Positions 37,082 to 47,059 of a stretch of 64,000 nt of DNA are shown one piece after another. Positions within the stretch are counted from its first letter, which is position 1. The number at the start of each line of letters is the position of its first letter. The translations under genes were made by a program, and so were the position numbers. The stretch is from a virus (lineage: Duplodnaviria; Caudoviricetes). The notes under the pieces were generated by a model, which did no database searches, had not been told where the DNA came from, and saw nothing but the letters and a program-made list of their open reading frames with translations. The stretch spans positions 770 through 64,769 of IMG/VR virus record IMGVR_UViG_3300022220_000004. One strand, given 5' to 3'.

Positions 37082-40000
37082 CAAGAGCGGTATCGCAAGG
37101 CGGCTGGCAAAAGCCCTGACTCGCCGCTTCGAGCCAAGACAGAGGGTGTCAAGGGCAGTCATTACGTCTGTGCAAAAGGATGTGGCCGACAGGGTGATCG
37201 GTGCCACTGCCAGCATTGACGGCCTGGTTTCTCAGCGTGTGTACATAGACCATGGCTCTAACCTGCAGACTGGCGACATTCTTGACGTGGTGAACCGTGG
37301 CGGCGCTGCCGGCCCGGCCTGGTACGCCCTGCGCCGGGTCAGGACCACAGTCCCGATCCCCACGCTGCCCTTCGGCACCACCTTGCCCACGCCAACGGCG
37401 CTGACCCTAACCACGGGCACATACTCGCCTGCGACCGGCGGCGGCACAGCTGCCTGGATCTATGCCTCATTTAGGACTATAAACCCGGTGTATGGCTCTG
37501 TTGGCTACCAGTGCGAGTATCGCATGAACGATGAGTTGGATGACGATCCAACGGTACTTGGCAATTTGGACCCACGCACCTACACCACGCTGACTGGCTC
37601 ACTTTCCAGTAGTATGACAGTCATACCCCGTGCGGCAACAGAAGACTACGATTTTGCCAAGACTGGCGTCATCCAGATCGACTCCGAGCTTATACACTAC
37701 ACTGGCGCAACGCGAACCGCTGGCATTTGGCTGTACCCATACTCACTTGGCGGAACATCCTTCTCGCTGCGGGATTATGTTGAAGACACCTTCACCGACA
37801 CAGACACGACGAACATCACCGCACACACACCCGACTATGATCGGTACGCCGGCGGGTGGTACGTGATCCCGACCTACTCCAGCAACTGGGCGATCTCCAG
37901 TAACAAGATTGCGGCCACGCCGGGCGGGACATGGCCATACTCTGCGGCGATCATAGACTCCATGGCTACTTCCTGGTACGCACACAGGCTGCGTGGTGAC
38001 TGGACATGGCCAGCGTCTGGCCAGTTCGGGTACATCGTGGACTATGTGGACGCATCTAACTTTGTGTACGTCCGCTACGACATGACCAATGAGCAGTTCG
38101 AGATCGTGGAGCGTATCAGTGCTGTCGAGACTACGGTGTGGACGCAGGCGGATGACAGTTTTACAGCCGCACAGGTGTACACCTTCGAGGCGCAGGCGGT
38201 TGCCAAGACGGTCCATATCAAGATCTCTGGTGGAGATCTTGACGCCGACATAGAATACACGGCCACTGACGCCCTGACAAACATTGCAGAATCCTCTAGT
38301 GTGGGTATCTGGTCAGATGTGGCCGTCACAATGGACAACTTCTGGCTAGATGACGCACGCGAGCGCTCGCTAGTGGACGATGAGTGGATCGACTTTGTGT
38401 ATTACGCTGTCGGCTTTGATCGGGTCAAGATCACTGGCAATGAGTACAGTGCCGTGGCACACTCACACACCTTCGATACATCTGGAGATCCCGGCGCCAC
38501 TGGCGGATCTACCTATCCCGCCTTTGTCGGGTGCACCCGAGGGTACGACAATACCACAGCCACCACCCACGCTGCGGGCGCTGGTATTTATGCACAAAGT
38601 CTAGGGTTCATGCTGCAGCCGCTGGTCGGCTCGATGGATTACAATGTCCGTGTGCGTGCCCACCTGTCTGAGACGGTGTTTTCTCCGTGGTCTGACTGGT
38701 CTACGATAAAGAGTGCGGCGGACACTACGGCGCCGACGGCGCCGACCGGCTTTGTGGTGACCAACATGCCCGGTGCGCTGGAGTTCAGCTGGACAGGTCC
38801 GAGTATGGGTGATGTGCCGGACCTTGCGGGGTTCAACATTTACACGGCCACTGATGGGTATGGTGCCGGCGCAACACTTTTGAGATCCCTGTCCGTCGGC
38901 CTCTCAAGCGTAGTTCAGATCGGTGCCGGCACTGTCGCCTACTATAATATCAAGGCTGTTGACCACAGCGAAAACCTGAGTGGCTATGGCGCATCTCCAT
39001 GGGAAAGGGGAGAGTCCCTGTACCCGCCTGGTGAACAGTGGTTGACCAACTCAGATTTTGAGCGAGACGCTGTAACTTCTGGCGATCCTGATGAATGGAA
39101 CATTGCGTCTGTCGGTGGCACTTACGCACTTGGCGCCTATGGTTGGGGTGGAGGGCAGGGCATTAGGTTTTCGCTAGACAATACCGACACTGCCGATCTG
39201 GATTGGCCCAAGAGCTTGACCGACACTTCGATCCAGCGCCCGATTGAACAGTATGTAACGTACGTCATAGCGATCAAGATGAAGTGCAGTGACACTGCGT
39301 GGGAGTGGAACATGGGCGACACTCCGCCGATTGGCAAGACAAGGATTAAGATCTGGCCAAAGTTCTACGGTGGTGTGACGAACCCGGTTGGGGCATGGGG
39401 CTATGACTGGTCTGCCGGCATCGGTGGCGCTGTGGACCTGGGCAGTGGGTGGGAATTGATCTGGGCCACCGTCACTGTTTGGATTGACACCGACGACTTT
39501 ATAGGCTTCGACTTTGTAGTAGGCAACGGCAGTGGTAGTTCGATCACGGTCGATGTGGATCAAGCGCAGCTTGGGCGCGGGGTCACCTATGCGGACTGGG
39601 TGCCAAGTCTGTCACGGGTGGACGGTTCGGCCGGCCTCTTGTTCGACACTGCCGGCCTTGAGAGTGACGGCCTGGTCGTGAGCGCCGACGGCAGAATCAC
39701 GTCTGATATTCCCTACGATGGGGACTTGAAACCCACCCGCAGCGGCGATGAGTACACCGGGGAGGTAATCCTCGACCATGGGTATGTCACTGGCACTGGC
39801 GACAGTAGTGATCCTGGCACTTCGGCACTTGCCGTACTGTCACAGACTGGTGTAGTTGTCCCGGCTGGATGCACACTCAGGGTTAGTGGGGTCTTAACCT
39901 GTCACGCCACTGCCTACACTGCCCCTGTTGTGATACTTGCACAGGTCTTATCTAGTAGTGGATCATACAATAGAATTTCGGCTATGTCTATTCGGGGCAA

Positions 40001-40154
40001 TGCGCACTACATTGCCCTGCCAGTCGAACTTAATTGGACCTATTCATCTAAGGTTACCACTACCGTTTCCCTGCGCTTTTGGAAAAACGCGACACTCAAT
40101 ACCGTGATAGCGCAGAAGACCTATTGCAGTCTGGCCTGGGAGGTCGTAGGTTGA
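37074..40154 (+). CDS. tail fibre / host-specificity protein with FN3-like and carbohydrate-binding-like domains
   Basis: YNVRVRA...SPWS, DTTAPTAPTG, DLAGFNIY, IKAVD.SEN.S, LTNSDFE. Confidence 0.75.
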   Translation: MPNKSGIARRLAKALTRRFEPRQRVSRAVITSVQKDVADRVIGATASIDGLVSQRVYIDHGSNLQTGDILDVVNRGGAAGPAWYALRRVRTTVPIPTLPFGTTLPTPTALTLTTGTYSPATGGGTAAWIYASFRTINPVYGSVGYQCEYRMNDELDDDPTVLGNLDPRTYTTLTGSLSSSMTVIPRAATEDYDFAKTGVIQIDSELIHYTGATRTAGIWLYPYSLGGTSFSLRDYVEDTFTDTDTTNITAHTPDYDRYAGGWYVIPTYSSNWAISSNKIAATPGGTWPYSAAIIDSMATSWYAHRLRGDWTWPASGQFGYIVDYVDASNFVYVRYDMTNEQFEIVERISAVETTVWTQADDSFTAAQVYTFEAQAVAKTVHIKISGGDLDADIEYTATDALTNIAESSSVGIWSDVAVTMDNFWLDDARERSLVDDEWIDFVYYAVGFDRVKITGNEYSAVAHSHTFDTSGDPGATGGSTYPAFVGCTRGYDNTTATTHAAGAGIYAQSLGFMLQPLVGSMDYNVRVRAHLSETVFSPWSDWSTIKSAADTTAPTAPTGFVVTNMPGALEFSWTGPSMGDVPDLAGFNIYTATDGYGAGATLLRSLSVGLSSVVQIGAGTVAYYNIKAVDHSENLSGYGASPWERGESLYPPGEQWLTNSDFERDAVTSGDPDEWNIASVGGTYALGAYGWGGGQGIRFSLDNTDTADLDWPKSLTDTSIQRPIEQYVTYVIAIKMKCSDTAWEWNMGDTPPIGKTRIKIWPKFYGGVTNPVGAWGYDWSAGIGGAVDLGSGWELIWATVTVWIDTDDFIGFDFVVGNGSGSSITVDVDQAQLGRGVTYADWVPSLSRVDGSAGLLFDTAGLESDGLVVSADGRITSDIPYDGDLKPTRSGDEYTGEVILDHGYVTGTGDSSDPGTSALAVLSQTGVVVPAGCTLRVSGVLTCHATAYTAPVVILAQVLSSSGSYNRISAMSIRGNAHYIALPVELNWTYSSKVTTTVSLRFWKNATLNTVIAQKTYCSLAWEVVG

Positions 40155-40481
40155 ATGGACATCATAGAACTGTTGAGACTACTAGCACTGGCCGTAAGGC
40201 TACTTCTGATCCTATCTGCCTTCGTGGACAGTTCTGTCATCCCTGCATACCGTGCAGGTATGGACTCTTGTATCCACTTTTTGTGGGGATCTTCTGTGGG
40301 TTTGTTGACGTGGGGATTGACGCTTGGGATCACGTCATTGATCTGGCTCTTACTGGTCAAGCGGTCACTTGGGAGAATGTTTTTCACCCGCAGGGTCGTG
40401 GTAGCCATCTTGGCATTCTCATTATCATGTGCTGCTTTGTCGGCTGTATGGCAGCATGGCTCGCAAGACGGTTTGTGGTAG
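40155..40481 (+). CDS. small membrane protein (frame ambiguous with the overlapping 40151-40516 frame)
   Basis: both frames give hydrophobic products. Confidence 0.35.
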   Translation: MDIIELLRLLALAVRLLLILSAFVDSSVIPAYRAGMDSCIHFLWGSSVGLLTWGLTLGITSLIWLLLVKRSLGRMFFTRRVVVAILAFSLSCAALSAVWQHGSQDGLW

Positions 40482-40621
40482 AGCTTGCGGCACTGCAGGA
40501 TGGCGCCGATGGGTGAACTTGCGCAGATTGCGATGATTTGGTACACTGAGTCCAGCAGGAGTTTGCTTGTCTGATCGAGCTACATTCTAGTGTTCCCTGG
40601 AGGAACAGAAAGGTGGCGCCT

Positions 40622-42724
40622 ATGAGATTTCCCCTGCCGATTTCCTGGCACTTGCAGGACATGTGCGATCCCAGGATTGCCGAGTACATTAGGAAAGTCC
40701 TGCCCTTCTTCGTGGAAACAGATTTCCCATTCTGGATCAAGGCTTTAGATCCACCAGAGCAGAAGCCCGATTGGGTACTGCCCGGCGTCAGCGTGTGCGG
40801 CCGCATGTTTGAGGCGGACGGCGTGACGTGGGCAGATATGGCCAGGGGTGAGGAAGGTGCCGTAGACTTCTTCAACCGCTGGATCGATCACTGGCTGGCC
40901 AGGCCATGGGTCACGACGTGGAATACCGGCAATGAGCCGCACCCGCCAGAGGACTTGAACTTTTTACGCCAACTTAATAAATTCCTCTGCCGCCTGGCCG
41001 ACCTCATGCACGAGGCCGGCCTGCAGTGTGCCGGCCCGAACTTCTCTGTTGGCCAGCCCGACATCGGGCACGCCGTCTACCTTGGCCCGGCCGTGGAAAA
41101 GCTGGACCAGCTGTGCCTACACGAGTACGGGTGCCCCATGTGGGATCGGTACCCCTGGCACTGTGGGCGCTACAACATGTTCATTGACGAACTGAAAACT
41201 GCGGGCTTCACAAAGATCCCGCCCGCCCTACTTGGTGAAACTGGGATAGATGGAGGCGTGGCACCTGTGCACCAGGCTGGCACTGGCTGGAAGACGCATG
41301 CCGCCAGTGAGGAAGAGTACGTAGAGCAGCTGGTGTGGCAGGCAAAGAAACACCTGGACGACTACCCCACAGTGCACGGCGCCTTCATCTTCACCGTGGC
41401 GCCATGGGGTTGGGGATGGGACGACTTTATCCCAACAGACACGTTGATCGACAAGATAGCGGCGGCGGTACTGGAAGGGTACGACGTAGAGGAACAGCCC
41501 AAGCCAGAGCCACCACCCTTCGAGATCCTGGACGTGTCAGACGAACTGCCCACGCATCCCACCAAGGAGTACGAAACCAGAGACTGGGACCCCGACGAGA
41601 TCATCATCCACCACGCCGGCTACGACTACCCGGCCGACGCTACAATGGAGCAGGTGCGTGCCCACCTGGATGTGATCGCCAACTACCACATCAATAGAAA
41701 GGACTGGCCCGGCATTGCCTACCACTATGTGGTGGACGGCATGGGCAGGATCTGGCAAGTCAACCATCAAGACACAATCGCCTTTCACGCCGGAGAACAG
41801 CACAACCCATACTCATACGGCATCTGCATGCTAGGCGCCTTCCATCTGGAGACAGTACCGACGGATGCACAGCTGCACTCGATGAATTGCCTGTGCCAGT
41901 GGCTGGAGATCCCGCCGGCCGAGATCTTGGCACACAAGCAGATAACGGCAACCGCCTGCCCTGGCAAGATTGCCAGGTGGTGGGACAAGATCGTGGTTCC
42001 TGACCAGAGTTGTCAGGAGGAAGAGGAAGAGGATATGACTATTGAAGTAGTGAACGCAAACGGGACGCCGGCCGACATGACATTTGAGGAAGCCTGTGAA
42101 CAATTCGGACTGGTGTACTTCCCGGCAGCGCCGCCCGAGGGCGCCACTGTGTTTAGGCTAAAGCGGATCATCTACGAGAGTTCCGACGTTACCAACTGGC
42201 GCGTGTACATAAAGGACAAGAACGGCGCACCACTTTCCGGCCATGCCGCCTTCCTGGGGATCAGGCCACCGAGTGGAGAGGACCTGCCGGACGACGCCGC
42301 CCCACGCCTTGCACCAGACTTTTGGCAGCAGCCCGCTGACTATCCCAACCGCGCAGAAACGTCCGGTGAGAACTTCACCGGCCTGCACGGCTACATCCAG
42401 CGCTCGCTTGGCCCTGGCTCAAACTATGTCGCCCCGGTGGACGGCGGCAGTGGCGGCGGCACCCACTGGACATGGGTCATGTGCATGGGTCCCGATGAAG
42501 ACCCGATCTGGTATACCGATGTCTTGGGCGGGATCGGGATGTTCCGTGCCCACGAGATGTTTTGGGCAGAGTTCTGGAAGATGACAGGTGATGGCGACGG
42601 TCCTGACCCCGATCCTGATCCAGAGGGCGGCGACTACGTTGCCCGTGTGCCCGAGATCAGTGTCATGGTCCCAGTTGTGATCCCGGCATTCTCTGTGCCT
42701 GTGGAACGAGTTGAAGAGGGGTAA
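40622..42724 (+). CDS. multidomain endolysin: glycoside-hydrolase-like N-terminus plus Amidase_2/PGRP domain
   Basis: GNEP...LHEY...GETG (TIM-barrel GH-like); IIIHHA...GIAYHY...H...TACPG. Confidence 0.8.
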   Translation: MRFPLPISWHLQDMCDPRIAEYIRKVLPFFVETDFPFWIKALDPPEQKPDWVLPGVSVCGRMFEADGVTWADMARGEEGAVDFFNRWIDHWLARPWVTTWNTGNEPHPPEDLNFLRQLNKFLCRLADLMHEAGLQCAGPNFSVGQPDIGHAVYLGPAVEKLDQLCLHEYGCPMWDRYPWHCGRYNMFIDELKTAGFTKIPPALLGETGIDGGVAPVHQAGTGWKTHAASEEEYVEQLVWQAKKHLDDYPTVHGAFIFTVAPWGWGWDDFIPTDTLIDKIAAAVLEGYDVEEQPKPEPPPFEILDVSDELPTHPTKEYETRDWDPDEIIIHHAGYDYPADATMEQVRAHLDVIANYHINRKDWPGIAYHYVVDGMGRIWQVNHQDTIAFHAGEQHNPYSYGICMLGAFHLETVPTDAQLHSMNCLCQWLEIPPAEILAHKQITATACPGKIARWWDKIVVPDQSCQEEEEEDMTIEVVNANGTPADMTFEEACEQFGLVYFPAAPPEGATVFRLKRIIYESSDVTNWRVYIKDKNGAPLSGHAAFLGIRPPSGEDLPDDAAPRLAPDFWQQPADYPNRAETSGENFTGLHGYIQRSLGPGSNYVAPVDGGSGGGTHWTWVMCMGPDEDPIWYTDVLGGIGMFRAHEMFWAEFWKMTGDGDGPDPDPDPEGGDYVARVPEISVMVPVVIPAFSVPVERVEEG

Positions 42725-42768
42725 GGCGCCGGACTGGCCGGCGTAACACATATCACGGAGGTTGTAGC

Positions 42769-43194
42769 ATGAAGAGGCGCATCACTATCCTTGCGGTCCT
42801 GGTACTGCTGTTCTCGCTCGCCTTGAGCATCACTGCCTTTGCGCAGGTGGAAGAACCGCTACCGGGTGAACTGAAAGACCTGGCCGCGCCGGCAGGTCTT
42901 GGCGTCGTGGTTGTCGTGGTCGTCGGCCTGCTAAAGAGGCTCAATTCAGAGAAGCATGGCACGGTCGGCAAGTTCGGTGACTGGCTGAATGCCGGCGGAC
43001 TGAACGCATTTCTTGTGTCGGTGATCGTCGCCGGCATTGTACTTGGCGTGGTCCAGCTGATCATCTACTTTGGTGTGTATGACCAGGCGCAGGGGTTTTG
43101 GGCCAACTTTGTCGTGGCCTGGACCGTTTCGCAGGGATTCTACAACCTGCAGAAGGCTGGCACCACTGGCGTGAAGATGGCACTGGAGGGGTGA
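42769..43194 (+). CDS. putative holin
   Basis: three to four TM helices next to the endolysin; SQGFYN. Confidence 0.6.
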   Translation: MKRRITILAVLVLLFSLALSITAFAQVEEPLPGELKDLAAPAGLGVVVVVVVGLLKRLNSEKHGTVGKFGDWLNAGGLNAFLVSVIVAGIVLGVVQLIIYFGVYDQAQGFWANFVVAWTVSQGFYNLQKAGTTGVKMALEG

Positions 43195-43197
43195 TCG

Positions 43198-43593
43198 GTG
43201 CCACTATTCTGGCCACTCATGGACCACCACAGCCATGTCTGCTGTGACTATGCTTGTCATTTGCTAAGAAACTCTAAGGCGCCGGGCATGGACATCTCAG
43301 CACCGTTGTTCGCACTCGTGCTGGCCAGCGCCGATGGCAAAGTCTTGCGTAGCAGGGCCACAAGGCGAGCAGGCCGCAGCCTGTGGATTGATCACGGGCA
43401 GGGCACCAGGGGATTTTACAGTCATCTCGCCGTAGCCCTTGTCCTTGAGGGGGAATGGGTGAGCCGTGGGCAGATCGTTGGCCTGGTCGGTAGTACCGGC
43501 CTGTCTACCACTGAGCCGCACCTGCACTTTGGCTTCAAGTTTGTGGGGGAGTGGATTGACCCCGCACGACTGTTGAGGGCGCCAACGGGCTAG
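43198..43593 (+). CDS. M23 family peptidase
   Basis: GMDI, ADGKV, YSHL, GSTGLST.PHLHF, IDP. Confidence 0.85.
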   Translation: MPLFWPLMDHHSHVCCDYACHLLRNSKAPGMDISAPLFALVLASADGKVLRSRATRRAGRSLWIDHGQGTRGFYSHLAVALVLEGEWVSRGQIVGLVGSTGLSTTEPHLHFGFKFVGEWIDPARLLRAPTG

Positions 43594-43608
43594 TGACCCG
43601 GAAACGCG

Positions 43609-43652
43609 AAAAAAGCGGGGAAAGTAGGTTGACAACCTACCTTCCCCGCTTT
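43609..43652. terminator. bidirectional intrinsic terminator between the convergent arms
   Basis: AAAAAAGCGGGGAAAGTAGGTT-GAC-AACCTACCTTCCCCGCTTT. Confidence 0.8.
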
Positions 43653-43656
43653 GGCG

Positions 43657-43980
43657 TCATTTGGACCTGGACGCTGAGTACACTACCGCTGGCTCGCTGG
43701 TGACGTTCCACTTCTCCTTCTTGTCTGGCTCTCCCCTTGGCCACACGATGACATCCATATCTGACCCGTAACTAATGTCACCGTCGTCCCACTTTTCCAT
43801 GAATGCCTCTGCCGCATCTTCCGCATCTGAGGCATATACTGTGGTGGCGTCCTCTTCTTCGTAGCCAGAATCTGCTGGTATCGCCCGCCAGGCTGGCTTG
43901 CACCTGTGCGTCCGGCCCATCACATCGGCCATTACGTCATACTCGCCACAGATCTGGCAAGTCCCACTAAAGCCGCTCAT
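43657..43980 (-). CDS. hypothetical acidic protein
   Basis: SD GGGGGG; CQICG..H.C; DAEDAAE. Confidence 0.6.
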   Translation of the reverse strand: MSGFSGTCQICGEYDVMADVMGRTHRCKPAWRAIPADSGYEEEDATTVYASDAEDAAEAFMEKWDDGDISYGSDMDVIVWPRGEPDKKEKWNVTSEPAVVYSASRSK

Positions 43981-44011
43981 ACACCCCCCTTTTCGAGTCA
44001 GATTTTTCCCA

Positions 44012-44082
44012 GGAATTTGCTCTGCCGGGCTGGCCAGCAGAGCAAATTCCGCTTAGAAACGCTCTGGTAGCGTTTCTTTTTT
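44012..44082. terminator. two intergenic hairpins
   Basis: GGAATTTGCTCTGC...GCAGAGCAAATTCC and AGAAACGCT-N5-AGCGTTTCTTTTT. Confidence 0.5.
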
Positions 44083-44084
44083 CG

Positions 44085-44780
44085 CTACAGATCGACCGCT
44101 ATCCCGAGGTCTGCCAGGTCGCCAGTGTACCACGCATCCTTCCAGGCGAACTTGCCCCAACCCCATATGACCAGCATCGAACCAACGGCCGGGCTATTTG
44201 ACGATTTCTTGAGCCAGCTAACCACGTCCTTTGCCTGGCACATGTCGCACAGAGGGAATGACATCTTGTCATCCACGTCCATGCCGGCGTCCTCAAGTGC
44301 TACCAGCTTGGCCAGCGATGGCTTGCGCCGGCGATCTGTCTCTTCCCCGCACTCGTGGCATGGCAGCAGGAACTTTACCCGGTTCCGCATGAAGAGGATG
44401 CCGGAGGCTTTCGAGCAGTTTTCATGGAACCAGGCGGCGTCCGTGCGAGCCGCCAGCAGTGCTACGATTGTCATGCCATGCAGGTGTTGCTCTGCGGCCC
44501 TGGCAGTCCACGGCCCGACCTGATCACCGTACTCTGGATTCATCCAGGCGGCGAACTCCCTGCCGGCGTGCTCTGGCCCAGTAGGGCGCAGCGTGTGCCA
44601 GTCGGTGGACAAGCCGTCCATCTCTGGCGTGATGTAGTTGTCCGGTACCTTGGTATTCCATTCCTCTGCGCACACGTCCAGCCCGAACCGGAAGACGCCA
44701 TTGATCTTGTTGAACAGCGGCTGCGGTGTGCTGTAGTCGGTGCGTGCCGATGAGTACATGCCCGATGTCATCCTTGCCAT
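44085..44780 (-). CDS. phage DNA N6-adenine methyltransferase (phage Dam family) with Cys-rich insertion
   Basis: TPQ.LF, LDVCA, DGL..DW, WMNPEYG, ARTD..WFH, R.KF. Confidence 0.8.
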   Translation of the reverse strand: MARMTSGMYSSARTDYSTPQPLFNKINGVFRFGLDVCAEEWNTKVPDNYITPEMDGLSTDWHTLRPTGPEHAGREFAAWMNPEYGDQVGPWTARAAEQHLHGMTIVALLAARTDAAWFHENCSKASGILFMRNRVKFLLPCHECGEETDRRRKPSLAKLVALEDAGMDVDDKMSFPLCDMCQAKDVVSWLKKSSNSPAVGSMLVIWGWGKFAWKDAWYTGDLADLGIAVDL

Positions 44781-45106
44781 TCTCTTCTACTCCGTGAAAG
44801 TTCCTGACAGGTCCACTCCAGGCGGAACCTGGGAAAGAACTGCTGCAGGCAGGTCACTTCCCCGAGGGGCACGCTGGACAATTCCAGCAGCATCTCCACG
44901 GTCTTGGCATTGTAGCGATCCGACGATGCGCCAAACACTTGGAATGATTGATCCGCATCATACTCAGGCGGCGCCACGTCCAACAGAGGCTTGATCGCCT
45001 CTGCGGTTCTGAGCGCACGGCGCAGCCACCGGCCATGGTACCACATCCCCCTGGCGCCATCCAGCAGCGGCCCTTTTCCAGCGTACTTGGCCAAGTGATT
45101 AGTCAT
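44768..45106 (-). CDS. hypothetical protein (start reassigned to MTNHLAK)
   Basis: coupled to both neighbours. Confidence 0.45.
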   Translation of the reverse strand: MTNHLAKYAGKGPLLDGARGMWYHGRWLRRALRTAEAIKPLLDVAPPEYDADQSFQVFGASSDRYNAKTVEMLLELSSVPLGEVTCLQQFFPRFRLEWTCQELSRSRREWQG

Positions 45107-46049
45107 CGTCGTAGGCCAGGTCCACATACCAGTCCGGCACGTAGTCCAGATCGCCGGCGTCCAGGTCTTCTCTCCAGTCATCTGCGTTGGCTTCCAGGCT
45201 TTCCCGCATGGCTGTCTCCATCTCCATGAGATCTGTGTACAGATCCTCATCCCGCAGTGCCAGCACGGCGTCCTTTACAACCTGTGCCAGGTCCGGCGGA
45301 TCGAGCGCATCCAGTTCCCACACGTCGTAGCCAAACTCTGCGACATAGGCAGGGGACCGGCTGTCACCGGCCTTGGCCCACTGCGGCGGCGGGTCCTTCT
45401 CTTGGATCTGTGCCATGGTCAAGGCCACACGCTCAAAGTTGATCGTCGCGCCAGATGAGAATAGGTCAAGGCGCTCTACGATGTCGCGATCCATGTCCAT
45501 GCCAGACGGATCGTGGTCGCCAACATAGATGATGTAGATCTCTTTGTCGTCCAGGCGTTCCCGGAAGTACAGGCGCCGGCCGTGGTCAAACATCTTGGAC
45601 AGGCTGGAGTACCCACGGTTTGGATGCAGTCGCACATCCAGTTCCCTGCACACTGGCCCGAGTACGCCGGCGAGCGCATCCTTTTCCAGGAACACTTCAA
45701 CGTGCTTTGGCTGGTTGATCCAGCGATTGACCCTGAACTGTTCCGCCAGGCTCTTGGTCGCAGTGGACGGATCTGTCCAGTGCGGCGGGTAGACCTGGCG
45801 CCGGCCGCGATCCTCGATGGCACTCCAGTCGAGCATGCCGGCCATACGCGCCTTGCCGGCGATGCTGACGATCCTCTTGTAGGATCTCTGGCTGTTGGGT
45901 ATGATGTCCCTGGCTACCAGCTGGTAGTACAGCTGGCGTACTGTGAGCCTGTAGCCCATCTCTCCGTACTCAGTCAGGATCGCGTCCATTCTTGCGATCA
46001 GATCCTTTGTCGCCTTGGTGAACTTGATCGTTTTGAACTTTCGTCTCAT
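45099..46049 (-). CDS. TOPRIM protein, Topo VI-A/Spo11/JetD-like
   Basis: TVRQLYYQLV, EKDAL, RGYSS, GDHDPSG, WELDAL. Confidence 0.8.
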   Translation of the reverse strand: MRRKFKTIKFTKATKDLIARMDAILTEYGEMGYRLTVRQLYYQLVARDIIPNSQRSYKRIVSIAGKARMAGMLDWSAIEDRGRRQVYPPHWTDPSTATKSLAEQFRVNRWINQPKHVEVFLEKDALAGVLGPVCRELDVRLHPNRGYSSLSKMFDHGRRLYFRERLDDKEIYIIYVGDHDPSGMDMDRDIVERLDLFSSGATINFERVALTMAQIQEKDPPPQWAKAGDSRSPAYVAEFGYDVWELDALDPPDLAQVVKDAVLALRDEDLYTDLMEMETAMRESLEANADDWREDLDAGDLDYVPDWYVDLAYDDD

Positions 46050-46111
46050 GCGATGTTCCCCCTTTCAGTGTAGTACAGGAACAAGGGCGGCGCAGCTGCA
46101 CCGCCCTTGCT

Positions 46112-47059
46112 TTACAGGTCTGCCTTTGCGTGCACGGCCTTCATCTGTACCTTTGCCAGCCTGGCATACTCACGGGTGGTATCCGTGCTTGCGTGCCCCA
46201 TGAGATCTGCGGCGGCGCCCAGGCCAGCAGCGATGTAGAGAGCCGTGCCGAACCTGTGCCGCATCATGTGTGGCGTGATCCTCTTCACGCCGGCCCGCTT
46301 GCACAGTTCCCGCATGATGAAGCGCACTGACTCTGAGGTCAGCGCCATCTGGTAGTCATCTATCTGCCGATCCAGGCGAACAAAGACCGGCACATTGTTG
46401 CCGCCGTCTGGATGTTCGTGAATCCAGCCGCTCACCCACTGGGTGGCATCATTATCAAAGAAGACGATCCGTTCCTTCTCGCCCTTGCCGATCACCCTGG
46501 CATAGCCGGTGCCGCCACCGTCCCAGGTGATGTCACCGATCTTGAGGTCCAGCATCTCCTGTACACGGACGCCGGTAGAGCGCAGGGTGTGCAGCATTGC
46601 CGCATTGCGCATCGCCGCCCACGTCTGCCGATCTGTCCCAGGATCAGCCGTATCCCTTTCCGCCAACTTGATTATGGCCTGTACGGCCTCTTCGTCCGGT
46701 AGCTTGGGCAGCGTTTTAGGCTCGCGCCCATTCCTGCTGGCCATGATTTCCTTGGCCAACTCCAGATCGTCAGTCGTGAACGTCACCATCTTGCGCAGCG
46801 CCAGGTACTTGAAGAACCGTGTAGCCATGCCGGTGTACGTCTTCACGCTCTTGAACTTTAGGCCGTCCTCACGCAGCGAATGGTGGTAGTCGATCAAGTC
46901 GTTCGTTTCCAGATCGCCCAGTTCCAGATCGTCGCCGGTGATAGGGATGAGCCTATTGAGAGCACTCCGCATGGTCGCCACGGTGTGTGGCGACTTCTGC
47001 TGCGAGTCCAGGTACTCGTTGATCGCGTCCACTATCAGAACAGTCCCGTTTGTCGCCAT
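46112..47059 (-). CDS. tyrosine recombinase/integrase
   Basis: TGVRVQE, GKGEKER, HMMRH, LMGHAS...TTREY (complete R-K-H-R-H-Y set). Confidence 0.92.
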   Translation of the reverse strand: MATNGTVLIVDAINEYLDSQQKSPHTVATMRSALNRLIPITGDDLELGDLETNDLIDYHHSLREDGLKFKSVKTYTGMATRFFKYLALRKMVTFTTDDLELAKEIMASRNGREPKTLPKLPDEEAVQAIIKLAERDTADPGTDRQTWAAMRNAAMLHTLRSTGVRVQEMLDLKIGDITWDGGGTGYARVIGKGEKERIVFFDNDATQWVSGWIHEHPDGGNNVPVFVRLDRQIDDYQMALTSESVRFIMRELCKRAGVKRITPHMMRHRFGTALYIAAGLGAAADLMGHASTDTTREYARLAKVQMKAVHAKADL

